In this document: positions 26,315-39,886 of the stretch, piece by piece
How the letters are laid out: each line of letters starts with the position of its first letter
Position numbering within the stretch: the first letter of the stretch is position 1
Made by a program: the position numbers and the translations under genes
From: Eledone cirrhosa
Lineage: Eukaryota
Direction of reading: 5' to 3'
NCBI GenBank assembly: GCA_964016885.1
Contig: OZ024742.1
Location: 95,294,001-95,358,000 of the forward strand
DNA length: 64,000 bases
The notes under the pieces: generated by a model
Told to the model about the DNA's origin: nothing
Database searches by the model: none
Seen by the model: the letters and a program-made list of their open reading frames with translations, nothing else

Positions 26315-29300
26315 TCACAGACACATACTCAGAGAAGGCCCATTCATTCGGGCCATACTTGCTTCTCTCACCCATCTTTCAACAAAATGCTGGGAAGAGA
26401 GCACTTCCCTCTCTACCCTGATTTTCCTTTTCAAATGAAATTTGAAAAAGTTAATCAGGGCATCACCGAAGTGGTAAATGCTCGTCTTCAGCCCTTTCAA
26501 ACGTGTCCACCATACTATCTCTTTCGCCATGGCTACCAGACAGATAAAAACTGCCTGCCCTTCCCGGCTAAAGGAAGAGGGCGGGGCAATCCTCACGATG
26601 GACTCAGCTGATAGCTGGATCCGTCCTACACGTGACAGCAGGTGTTCGACATAAACCCACAAGTCAGCAATGCTCGGACACTGGACGAGTGCGTGCAGGA
26701 CGGTTTCGTCGCCCTGTGCGCATCTCAGACATGCCCGGCTGACGGCACCTCCATACTTAGAGAGTTTATCCGGAACTGGCAAAGCTCCCCGGTAGCACTG
26801 CCAGGCCAGGGATTTCTGGAAGTTATCCATAGGCCCCGGCCCGAAAGTCCTTCCGAAGAGATTGGCTAGTTGATTTTCGTTGACGCCTAGAGTTTCTCCA
26901 AGTACGTTGTCGCTCTTCCCCTCCACTAATCCCCTATAGAACGCCAAGGTGGAGTTTCCACCGATCACATTGCCCGAGACGAGCTGGGGAAAAACGTGTC
27001 TAGCAAACGGCGACCTCACCTGATCACCGTCGAGGAAGAGGTGGAGATGTCGTAGCCTGAGCGCGTGTCTGCGCATCATCAGCCACGGCATTCCCAGCCC
27101 TCCACGTAGCGGGTGTTGACAGCAGATGGACCGCCTGACCATCGGAACGCGTCCCTTCTACAAGAAGCGAAAGAGCAAACGCTCCAGCGCAGTCAGGCGG
27201 GGCTTAGGACAAGGTACGACGGTCAGGCGGTAGTAGATGACGGACGTGATGTACGCGTTAGCCACCTCCGCTCGACCTTTCAGGGATAGCTTCCTCTCGG
27301 CCCATTTCTGGGTGAGAGAAGCCACCCTGCTCGTCACCTAGTCCCAGTTTTTGTCCGTCTGGAGGTCTGGACCGAACCAGACCCCTAGCAATTTAACCGG
27401 TCCGTCCGTCCAGCGCCCGACGACGCTGTTGGACGGCATGGACCTGCCTCTCCAGGTGCCGAGCTGCAGGCCCAGTGACTTTTCCTGGTTGATCATTGCT
27501 CCTGTCACCGCTTCGTACTCTCTTAGTGTAGTGCCGATCGCCTCGATGTGTTTGGCGTTCGACACCACTACGGTGACATCGTCCGCATATGCTGACACGG
27601 ACTTCTGCATCCTAGTTCGCGCGGGACCCCCCTCAACGTCTCCAGTTTGTGCAGTAATGGCTCGAGAATTAATACGCACAATAGGGACGAGAGGGGACAT
27701 CCTTGGCGGACCTAGCGCATGATGTTGAACGGTTCCGAAAGGTGACCGTTCACTCTCACTACAGAGCAGATGTCGCTGTGCATGGCAGCGATCCAGCCTC
27801 TGAAGACGGGCCCAAAGCCAGCCGCCCTCAGGACTGCCGCTAGGTAACGATGGTCGACCCTATCGAAGGCTTTCGACTGATCTAAATTGATCAAAGACCC
27901 ACCCGTGCCAGGTTCCCAAGCTACCGTCTCTACGATGTATCGCATGAGGTGGAGGTTGTCGTGGATGGATCTGTCGGGAATGGCGCATGTCTGCGCCTCT
28001 CCCACCAGACCACCAACGACAAGCGCCAACCTCTTTGCTAGCACCTTGGCCAAAATCTTGAACTCTGTGTTTAGCAGAGTTATGGGCCTAAAATTATCTA
28101 TGTTATCCCCCTTGTTCGGATCCTTTCTCAGCAGCGCCACCTCTCCTCGGCTCACAGAGCTGGGAATTCTCCCGTTCTGTTGCCAGTTGCAGTAGACGTC
28201 CGCTAAGAGGCCTCCGAACAAGTCTGGAATTTGTACGTAAAGTTCATAGGGCAGACCATCCAAACCAGGCGATTTACCCCTTGTGCAGCCAATCATTGCC
28301 TCCCGTACTTCAGCGGTTGTTATCGGCTTTTCGCAACACTCCGCCTCAGTGGCCGAAAGCCGCGGCAGTCCGTCGAGGTAGACACTAAAGTCCATCCCTC
28401 GATCCGGCCCGCCACTGCCCCCGAACAGTTGAGCGAAGTGTCGCTGAAAAGCTCCACACGTTTGACCTGGATCGAGTAGCATGCGCCCGTCGTGGTCCAC
28501 CAAATACCGGATCGTGGCTTTGTTGCCACGACGCGCCTCCGCCACTCGGGCCCATTGAACGGCTTTCGTCCCCTCGTGTCTGAGAGCACGCACCCTAGCT
28601 CTGACAACACAGCGATCGTGCTTTGCATTGAAGAATTGGTCAAGGGCCAATTACGCCGCAAGCACGTCGGTCGCGATGCCTTTGCTAAGCGCCCCGTCTA
28701 ATTTTCTAACTAGTTCTCCCTTTGCTCTATTTTTCTCTATTGCTAAAGCCTTACTAAACCTGATGGATTCTATTCTAATCGCTCTTTTCAGAGCAAACCA
28801 CCACTTGTTGTTGACGATGGCCCCGTCAACGCCCGCTTAACTAGTTCGCTAATCCGGTGTCTGTAGGCCTTGCGCGCTGGTAAGGACGCGTTTAGCTTCC
28901 AGTAGCCGGGTCCTCGTCTATGAAGCCTATCTAAGTCAAGCACACAGATCACGAATTTGTGGTCCGTGTATCTGACTATCTTGAATTGTGGACAGCCTAT
29001 GCTAGACCTATCTATTTTCCTACAAAATACTCTATCTAGATATGATCTGGATGAACCTATGCGATTTGTCCAAGTCCACATTGGCACATTCGGGAAATCC
29101 AATCGGTAGCTGTCAGACAGTTCAAAACGCCTGAGCTGGTTGGTGAGGCTCTTGCACCCTCCACCCCTATCCGCTAATCCCAAACAGTCCCAGCGTGCAT
29201 CTAAGATCCCGTTCCAGTCGCCCACTAACACTAAAGAGCGAGACGTTCCAAGAATGTTCTCCAGACGCCGGAAGAAATCAGGCCACCCTGTCGGGGTATA

Positions 29301-29628
29301 GACGGCCACTAGCCTGAAAGCTTGCACGTCTATGCTGGTCACGTCCAGCACCAACTTACCCTCTGGGTCCAGGAAGATGGCCCGTTTGGCGAGATCCAAA
29401 CCTCTCCGAAAAAGCACAGCAACTCCTCCCACCGAGCCAGAAGGGCTGGGAGATGTGTACACATCTTAGCCGCCGAAAATCGGTGCGAAGGCCCGTGCTT
29501 CGGAGATTCTGGTCTCGCTGATGGCCACTACATCTATGTTTAGTGACCTGAGGTCCTTGAGCAGGTGGCCCTGCTTCCATCACGACCCCAAGCCACGCGC
29601 ATTTATGCTCCCTATTCTGAGTGAGGTC
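26315..29628 (-). pseudogene. Tx1/L1 ORF2: APE endonuclease, RT and C-terminal CCHC (disrupted)
   Basis: SINARGL..DVVAISET, LVGDWN, SYLDRVF, TDHK, GYWKLN; KSPGLDGL, FRPITLLNTEFKIL, LDQSKAFDRVDH, AYADDVT; CLRC..ETVLHALVQC. Confidence 0.93.
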
Positions 29629-29664
29629 TGTTTAAAATGGAGTGGAAAAGATGGGAAAGACCAC

Positions 29665-31335
29665 TTACCGTACTTTTCGTAGAGGAAGGATGGTTTCTCC
29701 ATCCCTTTTCTCTTGATCGTCTGGTGAAGGGACCGTTGAATCGTCCCTTCGGCTGGTCGTCGGCTCTTCTATGAGTATGTCCGAATATATTCTCCGGTTG
29801 AGAGTCCCTCCTACGTCTCTGAAATCACCAACTGCCTTGGGGAATTTCGTTTTAGTGTCTGTGTATTGTTTCTGTGTAATTCTTACCAGTCTTATGTTCG
29901 TTGGTGTTTTGATTGGTGCTGGTATTCGTGCTGTGAAATGTCTGTGTGTTCAATTATGTAAGTCATTAGTGGGTGGTGATTGTGTTGGTGGTGTTGGTGG
30001 TGCAGTAGCCTTTACCCTTTTTTCATTTCTTTCCTCCCTTTTCGAAGGTGACGATGCGCTGCTTCTGCGTTTGTGCCTTCTTGCGACCTTTTGCCATCCC
30101 TCTCCCACCTCACACTCCATGTCTGATTTTGTGAGGTCGGGGAGGGGTACCAGCTCCACTCTTTCACTTGTTGTTTGTGATGTTTGCAGTGGAGTCTCTG
30201 TTGGAGCTGCAGTTGGTATTACTGTTGTTGTTGTTAATACTTCCACTGCTACTACTGTTCTTGATTTCCGTGGCGTGGGTATGGGTGCCACGGACCTATC
30301 GTTCCTGGTTGCCGCTTGTCCTGTTGCTGGTAGCCGCGGAGCCGGTTTCGGAAGGAGGGGGGTTTTCTCCTTTCTCAGGGTCTTCTCGTTGCAGAAGGCC
30401 CTGAGGTGAGTCTTCGATCCACAGCGAAAGCATTTCGGGTGTTTGCCCTCAACACTTATGGGCAGTTGAGTGCCGTTATTGAAGTCTATCACATCCGGGA
30501 TAGCTTCGATGCACTCCTGGTTGGTTTGGATTAACATCTCAATGGAGGTGCCGACCCAATCTTCTCTTACTTTTTTCTGTACTTGCAGTACAGTTGTTTT
30601 GTCCTCGATTCCGACGAGGACAGACGCGGCCAGCCAAGAAGGGGCCATCCCGGGGGAGACGTGGGTCAGTTTGACCCTCACAATTTTTTGCCCGCAGTAG
30701 GAGGGCACCAACACCATTTCCTCGCTCCTTAGGGTCACTAAGGATTGAGCCTTTGCCTCCTGGGGTGTGGCAAAAAGTACGTCTACGGTGGCATATTTCT
30801 TGCCTCAGGTGATGTGCGTTTTCCGCTGCCACACAGACCCTAAAGCTTTTTGTATTTGAGCCTCTGTGGCTCTTTCAACCCTACGGAATTTTGTACTTAC
30901 TGTACGGTACGTGACCGTACAGTGATGTTGGGTTTCGAAAAAATTTTCCGCTGCCTTGCAAATTGCTCGGTGTCCAGTTTTTATCACCATCTTCTTCGCT
31001 TCCTCTAATTCCTCATTTGTTATGAGGATGGTTTCCAGGTTCTTTGCGATACCTGCAAACGAGATTGGTTTTTCTTTGCTGCTGTTGTTGTTGTTGTCGT
31101 CAGAGCTGCTGTTACTTTTGTTGTTGTTGCAGGTACTACGACTACTGCCGCCGCCGCCGCTGTTGCTGTGGTTGTTGTTGCTGCTGCTAATGCTGTTGTT
31201 GTTTATGCTGCTGCTGATGCTGTTGCGGCTGCAACTGTTGTTTTCATTGTCACTGTTGCTGTTGTTATTACGGCTGCTACTGCTATTATTCCTGACGTCA
31301 CGCGCATTTATGCTGCCTATTCTGAGTGAGGTCAT
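29665..31335 (-). pseudogene. ORF1b: Tx1 gag-like protein with CX2CX4HX4C knuckle
   Basis: Starts MTSLRIGSINAR plus an Asn/Ser linker; has CFRCGSKTHLRAFC; ends GETILPLRKVR* at 29665. Lesions seen: TGA at ~30805, a 1-nt frameshift at ~30775, TGA at 29950. Confidence 0.8.
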
Positions 31336-31369
31336 GTTGAAATGGAGTGGAAAAGATGGGAAAGACCAC

Positions 31370-33301
31370 TTACCTTACTTCTCGTAGAGGAAGGATGGTT
31401 TGCCCATCCTTTTCACTGCTTGTGGCCTCCTCCTGAAGGATGTCCTTATAAATCCTCCTGGAGAGTGTTTGCCGGAAGTCTCCGATGTCTTTGGGGAATT
31501 TTTGTTTTTAGTGTCGTGTACGTTTTCTGTGTGATGCGAGTGATTTGTATGTGTGGAGGTGGTGTGAACTTTTGGGTTGTTGTGTAGTCTTTTTCTGTGA
31601 TGCTGGTATTGTGTTGCATGTAGTGTAATAATTGGTTGTTGTTCAAATTTAATGCTGTGTTGTGTGTATCGTTTTGGTTGTTTTGTTTTGTTTGCGTTTG
31701 TTGTGGGTTTGTTTCTGTTTCGCTTTTTGGTGACTTTTGTGGTGTTGGTGATGGTGGTGTTTGTGATGATGGTGATGGTATTGGTGTTTGTGATGATGGG
31801 GTTGGTGATGCTGGTGTGGATGGTGGCATATCTGTCCTAACTTTTTTGTTTGATAGTTTATTTGTTTCCCTCTGTATTTTGTTTTTGGAGGGGGAGGGAA
31901 GAGAATTTTTTTCTTTGTTGGTTTCTTTTTTTCTTTTTTCCTGATACCGTTTCCCACTCCTCGCCGTCACAATCTGTCTCCAGTTGTGATAGGCCGGGGA
32001 GTTGAAAATCCTCCACAGGCGTTGGTTTTGGTTGTGGCGTGGTGGATGGTGTAGGCGCTGGTGCTAGTTCTGGCGCGTTGGGTGGTGGTGGCGTTGGTTT
32101 TGATACTGTTGTTGGGGTTGTTACTGTTACTATGCTTCTGCTGTTGCTGCTACAGTTGTTGCTGCCATCTCTGCTGCTGGTGGTGTTGATGGTTGAGTCA
32201 CTGGGGTGGGTAAGAGAGGTGGCCTCAACCTTTGAGCCTGAGGGCAGAAAGCCCTTAGGTGGGTTCCTTCACCACAAACGACACACCTAGGCCTTCTGCC
32301 CTCGACAATTACGGTGAGGTGGCTGCCATCAGTGAGGTATATTATCTCTGGTATCTCCTCAATGCTTTTTTGGTCCGCTTGGATCAGAAGCTCCATCCCA
32401 GATCCGGACCAGTTCTCCTGCTTTTCTTTCGCTATTTCGATTATCTTGGTGTTGGCTTCGATGCCGGCGAGGACGGCAGCCATTAGCGAGGGAATATGGA
32501 TGGCCGGTGGAACGTCGGTTACCCTGATCTTTACGAGTCTCTGGCCACAATAGCTTGGGACGAGTGTGAAGTCGTCACTTCTTAATGGGGCCATGGAGTG
32601 TTCTCTAGCTTCCTGTGGTGTTTCAAAGAACACGGCCACGGTTCCATATTTCTGCCCACGTCTGATGTGGTTTTTTTTGCCCACACATGTCCCAAAGCTT
32701 TTTGGATTTGGGACTCGGATGCCCGTTCCACTCGGCGCGATTTGATGTTAATTGTTCGATAAGACACGGTGCATATGCGCCGATGCTCCATTTTATTAGG
32801 TGAGTGTGTGGAGGGGGGGTTAGGCTGACCCTGTACCCATCTTTCTTTAACATTTGTTTGGCTTCATCTAATTCCTCCTGAGTTACCTGAAATGCTTCGC
32901 ACTGTTTTGCTACTCTGGCAAACCTCAGGGTGGTTTTCTTAATTTCATTGCTGTTGTTGTTATCGTTAGTTTTCGTTATTGTTAATTTTAGTTTCAGTTG
33001 TGGTGGTGGTGGCGTCAGTAGTGATCGGTGTGGAAGAGTTCATTTTGGTTGAATTCATTTCGATATCAAGAGTTAATTTATTCTTTTCTTTTGTTTCTGT
33101 TGTCGCTGTGGTGGTGGTGGGTGTGGCGGCTTTAACACCTGCAGTCATTGGTAATGGCTGGAAATGAATGTCTGTCTAAGACAAATTTAAAATATTGCTA
33201 CTGCTTATATTTTTAGTGTTGGCAAACGTAGTAATATTTACAATGGTGGTGTCGGTGTGGGGTGTTAGTTTGTGAGGAAGGTGTGATTCTGAGTCGTCCA
33301 T
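31370..33301 (-). pseudogene. ORF1a: Tx1 gag-like protein with CX2CX4HX4C knuckle
   Basis: Candidate ATG at 33301; RRVERASESQIQKALG, LVPSYCGQ, CVVCGEGTHLRAFC; ends GQTILPLREVR* at 31370; several stops and frameshifts. Confidence 0.8.
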
Positions 33302-33515
33302 GATTTTCCAAAGAAAAATCTTTGTTTGATAATTATAAAAGTTTAAATTTTGGGCTCAAGGCCCCAATCTTTTTGAGTTTCCTTTTCAGAAAACCATGTA
33401 TGTGCACTTATATACAGTTAACAATAAAAATGTTCCATAAATGGCAATTTTAAACAACTGAAAATAACAAATCTTTGCGGAGCTCACGATAGTAAGATTT
33501 ACTACGTAAGTCGCC

Positions 33516-33567
<52 letters not shown>

Positions 33568-33829
33568 TAGGAAGGCATTAAAAGATATAAATAAACTGAT
33601 TTGATGACCAGGTCAAAAAATCAATAGACCAAATATCAAAATCTAAACAGCACAGCAACAACGAAAAACATAAAGAAAAGAAAAATGAAAAGAAAAACAA
33701 ACAGACAGACAGAGAAGGAAAAAAAGAAAAAAAAACTAAGTCAGACATTCAAACATTACATTACAATGAAACTTATGTTTATTCTTTTTTAGGTTTTATT
33801 TACCTATTTGTTTGTTTGTTTATTTATGT

Positions 33830-36800
33830 TCGTCTACAGCATGATAGTGCAACACTAAAATGACCGGGGGTGATGAAATCACCGGTGGTTATGTAACCAT
33901 ACATTCACCAATCCTCGAGTGTTTAAATGTCGAACCTAAACAGTTCGAATAACGGTGAAGTGGAGACTGGAATGTCATGTGACAGACTCTAACCCAGCAG
34001 GTGCTCCCTGGCTCAGCAGCAGGGACCTGGCTGTCAACCAAATACTGCTGGTGTCGGAGGAAGAAGAAGAAGGAAAGGGACCAGAACCAACTGGACGAAA
34101 GAATTTAAAAGAACTGTTAGGCAATGTTACCGGAAGAGTAACCCCAAGGAGAAAGGCTATAGGAAACGGATGCATAACATCTGGAAAGAGATTGGTCTAT
34201 TTAAATTAGATGAACAAAAATTGGCCGGGCAGGCTCGGGTAATAAGAACTAATGGGTGGATCAGCGAGCTGGAACTGGAGGAACTGAGCAGAGAGATTAG
34301 GTTGGAAATGGAGAGTGGAGTATGCCAGGCAAACGAGCCAGTGGGAAATGAAGGGGGAGAGGTTGAGAGAACAGAGGAACTATCCGAAGCAGACGATGAT
34401 CTGAATGCTGAAATAAATAATACCTGGAACAAAGATACGGCTATTGAGGAAATGAATGCTGACGGGCTAGAACAAGATTTGGTTGATATCCTAAACTTAG
34501 TGGTAGATGAATTGAACAATGATAGTGGGAAACCTATGAACCTAAGATTTGTAGACAGGAAAATGTTAAAAGAAACAACAGCTAAGGTAAACAAAGTCAT
34601 CCCATACCTTGAGGCGAGGAGCCTTCACCAGTGCAACAATATCCTCAAAGCAACAGCAAATGCGGTGAGGAAATTACTTGGCATAAAAGCGAGAGGAAAC
34701 AACAAACAAGAAAGATCAGAACCTTGATGGAAAAACGACTGAATGGACAAATCAGGGAAATGAGAAATGACATTGGAAAGCTTGAGTCCCTACTGAATGG
34801 GACACTAAAAAACATAGACACTAAAAATAGACTGGAAATAAAGTACAAAACTAGGAGGAAAAAGCTAAATATTATCATAGAAGAACTGAACCAACGCATT
34901 GTAGCAAAGAGTGCAAAAATTACGCGATACGAGAGCAGAGTCAGTCAGTATAGACAGAACCACATGTTTGACAACAGCCTGAAGATGCTGTTTGTACAGC
35001 TTGAAGGGAAAGAAAGAGGCAACGACTAGATCCCTGAGGCAGAACAAACTAAGACATTCTGGAGAGGAATATGGGAGCAGGATGTTAAACATAATGACCA
35101 GGCAGTGTGGATTGAGACAGTACAAAATGGGATTAGTGAACAGGCACACCAACAAACTGATTTGAGTATCACAGTTGAAACTAACCAACTGGAAATCACC
35201 GGGTCTAGATTGTGTGCAGGGCTATTGGATTAAAAATATAACATCCCTCCACCCGAAACTGACAACAATGTTCAATGACTGATTGATGTCCGGTGAGGTA
35301 CCAGAGTGGTTGACAAAAGGTACCACAGTTCTGGTAATGAAAGACCGAATCAAGGGTAATGATGTTACCAACTATAGACCTATCACATGTCTGTCTGTAA
35401 TGTGGAAACTGTTGACAAGCATTATGGCTGAGGAAATCTACCATCACCTCCACACAAACAACTTGTTACCGGACGAACAGAAAGGATGCCGAAAGAAGTC
35501 CCGTGGTACAAAGGACCAGTTACTTATTGATAAGATGGTAATGAGGAATTGCAAGAGGAGACACACTGGTCTTGCCATGGGATGGATAGACTACAAAAAG
35601 GCATGTGACATGGTGCCTCATTCTTGGATCACCAAAATCCTAGAGATCTTCAAGGTGGCAGATAACATCAGACAGTTGTTGGGCAAAAGTATGAAGTCCT
35701 GGAAAACAGAGTTAACATCAGCTGGAGAATCGTTGGGAGGCGTGAAAATCAAGAGAGGTATCTTCCAGGGAGATAGTCTGTCCCCTCTGGTGTTTGTCCT
35801 TGCCCTAATGCCTCTGACTATTAAACTGCGAAAGGGAGAGCTTACCATCAATCACCTCATCTTCATGGACGATCTTAAGCTCTTCGGGAAGAATGAGAAG
35901 GAGTTGGATGTGCTTGTTGACACTGTCCGTATTTTCAGCAGTGATATATGTATGCAATTTGGTATTAGTAAGTGCGGAGTACTTGTGATGAAGAGGGCTA
36001 TATTGAGCAGAAGCAACGGAATCCAGGAACCAACAGGTGAGATGATGAAGGAAATTGACACTGAAGAAGGATACAAGTATTTGGATGTTCTGGAGGCTGT
36101 TAAGATCAAGAACAAAAAAATGAAGGAATTGATAAGTTCTGAATACATTCGGAGAGTAAGGAGCGTATTAAAGTCACATCTGAACAGTAGGAATGCCATA
36201 AGTGCAGTAAATTCCCGAGCTGTCTATTATTAGGTACAGTGCGGGAATTCTGAGATAGAATGTTGCTGAACAAAAAGAAATGGATAGGAAGACTAGGAAG
36301 CTATTGACTATCTACAACATGTTCCACAAGAGGAGTGATGTCGATAGACTCTACTTAAGGAGATCTGAAGGTGGAAGAGGTCTTATCAGCATAGAGGACT
36401 GTGTTCAGTTGGAGAAAAACAACCTACACAAATACGTGACTGATAGTAAGGAGCCAATGCTCAGAATTGTACTGAAGGAGAGTCAATAGACCAGGGCATG
36501 TCCAAGGAGGAAATAACAAGAAGGAGAAAGAGCAGCCTTCATGAAAAATCCCTTCATAATACCTTCTTTGAGAAAACCGAATTCAGAGATCCACAGACAT
36601 GGAACTGGTTGAAAAGAGGAGACCTTAAAAAGGCTACAGAAGGAATGCTAATGGCTGCGCAAGAGCAGGCCCTCAAAACGAAGTGGTTGAAACACCATAT
36701 TTACAAGGAGGAGGCTAGCCCACTGTGCAGGATCTGTGGAGAGAGAGAGAGGGGAGACTGTGGCTCACATTGTATCCGAGTGTAAACACCTAGCCCAGAC

Positions 36801-37379
36801 TCACTATAAGGGCTGGAGCCATGATGTGATGGGCAGGGTGATCCACTGGCATCTATGCAAAGTAAAAAATTTACCACATTCTGAGAAGTGGTATGAGCAT
36901 AAGCCAGAGTCGGTGATAGAAAACGATCAGGTGAAGGTGCTGTGGGATTTTAGGATACAGACGGACAAGAAACTGGAACACAATAGACCTGACCTGGTAG
37001 TTTTGGACAAGGAAAAAAGATCGTGCCTGATTGTGGATGTGGCCTTCCCATTCGACACAAGAGTGCAAGAGAAGGAGAGGGAGAAAATTAACCGATACCA
37101 GGACTTAAAGTGGGAGGTAAAAAGGATTTGGAACTGCCATGAAGTCAAAGTGGTCCCGATTGTCATAGGCGCACTAGGTACTATCTCAAAGAGCGTTTAA
37201 GGATGGTTAAAGAAAATTGGCCCCGTCACGCTTTTTGGAACGCTTCAAAAGGCATGCTTGCTGGGAACAGCAAGAACCCTCAGATAGGTCCTGAATATCT
37301 TAGGCTGCAGGTAGAGGCTTGGTATTCATTTCAACAAACTTTCCAGTTAACTTACATCAATGACTGAGACTCAAAGAAC

Positions 37380-37426
<47 letters not shown>
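33830..37426 (+). mobile_element. Near-full-length R4/Dong-clade RLE LINE (decayed) with (AAT)n tail
   Basis: N-terminal GYRKRMHNIW..EQKLAGQAR; RT motifs [35 protein letters not shown]; CCHC CRIC..ETVAHIVSEC; RLE RPDLV..IVDVAFP..EK..Y. The 5' boundary is approximate. Confidence 0.9.
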
Positions 37427-37427
<1 letters not shown>

Positions 37428-37554
37428 TAGCAGAATGGCCCGGCGTTGCTCGGGATTTGCTCTAGGGTTCATATATATTTATCCTTATCGATCCTGGTAA
37501 AATAAATACGTTTGTTTATATTTTATTATTGTGTATGCAAAAATATCTATGCAC

Positions 37555-37624
<70 letters not shown>

Positions 37625-38400
37625 ATAATAATAAATTTGAAGACTAAAATCGAAAGAGGGCTCGATAAGGATAAATATATATCAAATATATAAGAACCGT
37701 AATAACAGATTAAAGTTTAAGCAAAGAATCGCTGCTTTCACCCTTAACGGGATCTTCTGAAACTAACAAAGTCAATCTGTGAACGCAGAAGTGAATATTT
37801 CAAAAAACGTTGCAACCGGAGGAAGACAGGAAGACGATACTTTGGCTCGTAGAAACGTTCCCTGGCAAAGAACGGGAAAAAAACGAATATAATACTTCAT
37901 TTTTGGGAGCGGGAAAAACAATTACACGCAAAGACAAAACCACGTTTATGGTATAAAAGAAGTCGTAGACTAATATTCTATTAGGTGGTTCATAGAGACA
38001 TTCTCTGGCAATGAACGGGAAAACGAAGATAATACGTAATCTGTGGAGCGGGAGAACAATTGCACGCAAAGACAAAACTACGTAAATGGTATAACTGAAG
38101 TCGTAGACTAAAATTCTAACTAGGAAACCGAATGATTCTCGGCTTCAGAGTTAAGAATAAAGTAAATAAAATACAGAGGTAAATGAAATTAAATAAATAC
38201 ATACACGCATCCATATACGTACATACACAAGCATACGCGAAAATACTCGCCATAGGTACAAATACACGCACGTACACACAAAAAAAAACACAAAAAACGC
38301 ACGCCCATAGAGACCCCACGCAACACATGTACCCGCACGCATACGAATGTATACACCAAATACACAAAAATATATATAAAATAAAATATATATATATATA

Positions 38401-39755
38401 GTAACAATATGCTGAACTCCAACCAGCATGGATTCCGTAATGGAAGGGATTGCCTGACGCAGCTACTGCATCACTTTGATGACATTTTGAGTGCCTTGGG
38501 AGAGGGTTCCAACACTGATGTTATCTACCTTGATTTCAGCAAGGCCTTTGACAGGGTTGATCACAACATTCTACTGAGAATGCTGTCCAATATTGGTGTC
38601 ATTGGAAAGTTGATGCAGTGGATCAAGTGCTTCCTGTCAAACAGAACCCAACATGTTGTAGTCGAAGGAGTCAAATCCAGCCCAGCCAAAGTCAGTAGTG
38701 GGGTCCCACAAGGCACTGTGTTGGGCCCACTTCTCTTCATCATCTATATTAATGACATCACTGACATCATCAAACACAGCAACATTAGAATTTTCACTGA
38801 TGATTCCAAGCTCCAGAAGGTCATCAATGGCGTGGATGACCGGATAAGCTATCAGTCAGACCTACTCACTGTTACCCTATGGGCGGAAAAGAACAACATG
38901 TTACTGAACGAAGACAAATTCGAACTGATCCACTTTGGCAAAGAGGATGCTCTGAAACTCCCGTACTCCCTTCCCTCCGGTGAAACTCTCGTGGGATCTA
39001 ACAACATCAGAGACTTGGGAGTAACTGTGGGCAGCAACATAAGCTGGGCCACGCATATAAGCAGCAAAGTGACATGGCCCGCAGAATGTGTTCCTGGATT
39101 CTCAGAACCTTCCAGTCGAGAGATTCCCACACCATTATCCTTCTCTTCTCCACTTTTGCCCGACCACAACTTGAATACTGTTGTCCACTGTGGTCTCCCC
39201 ACACGAAACAAAGTATCATGAAACCTGAAGCTCCCCAAAGGGCAATCACGAAAAAGATAGATGGCATGTCAGACCTTGACTAATGAGGTCGACTAGAAAA
39301 GCTGAAACTTTACTCACTCCAACGTCGCCGTGAGCGTTATATTATCTGCATGATGTGGAAAATGCTTCATCAGCACTGCCCAAATGATGTTGGCATCACC
39401 TTCAAAATACACCCAAGGCTTGGGCCCCGTGCTATCCGTCCCAAACAAAAATCTAAATCGCAACTCATAACAACAATACAGCACAATTATTTCACCCCAA
39501 TTGGCCCTGCTCTCTTCAACATCACACCAGGACACGTCAAAACAGAAACTGACCACACAAAATTCAAGAAGTCGTTAGACAAATTCCTCCAAGTAATCCC
39601 GGACAAACCACCCACACCCGGATACGTCTCCGCAAACAGTAATTCCCTTCTCGAATGGGCCATGGTGCCCAAATCCTCAATTGAAAGACTTCGCCGGGTG
39701 GTTCTATTAATTAGACATGGCCTGGGCCAATACTGGCCAAAACATTTCAAAGTTA
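38401..39755 (+). mobile_element. 5'-truncated CR1-clade LINE inserted in a (TA)n of the Penelope element
   Basis: NQHGFR.GR.CLTQL, YLDFSKAFDRVDH, SGVPQGTVLGPLLF, FTDD, RDLGV, RPQLEYC..WSP, FKKSLDKFL..PDKP. Confidence 0.9.
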
Positions 39756-39779
39756 TTATTATTATATATATACATATAT

Positions 39780-39886
<107 letters not shown>

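Larger units (their letters stand above)
26071..33515 (-). mobile_element. Full-length Tx1/L1-clade LINE with two ORF1s, flanked on both sides by (AAT)n
   Basis: Order is 5' UTR, ORF1a, ORF1b, ORF2, 3' UTR with AATAAA just before the end; (AAT)n at 26023-26071 and 33516-33562. Confidence 0.85.

Noticed and set aside
29625-29668. GTAAGT plus pyrimidine tract plus CAG as an intron joining ORF1 to ORF2
   Set aside because: It is only 41 nt, the TAA is simply the ORF1 stop in both copies, and the upstream copy has ATG rather than that CAG.
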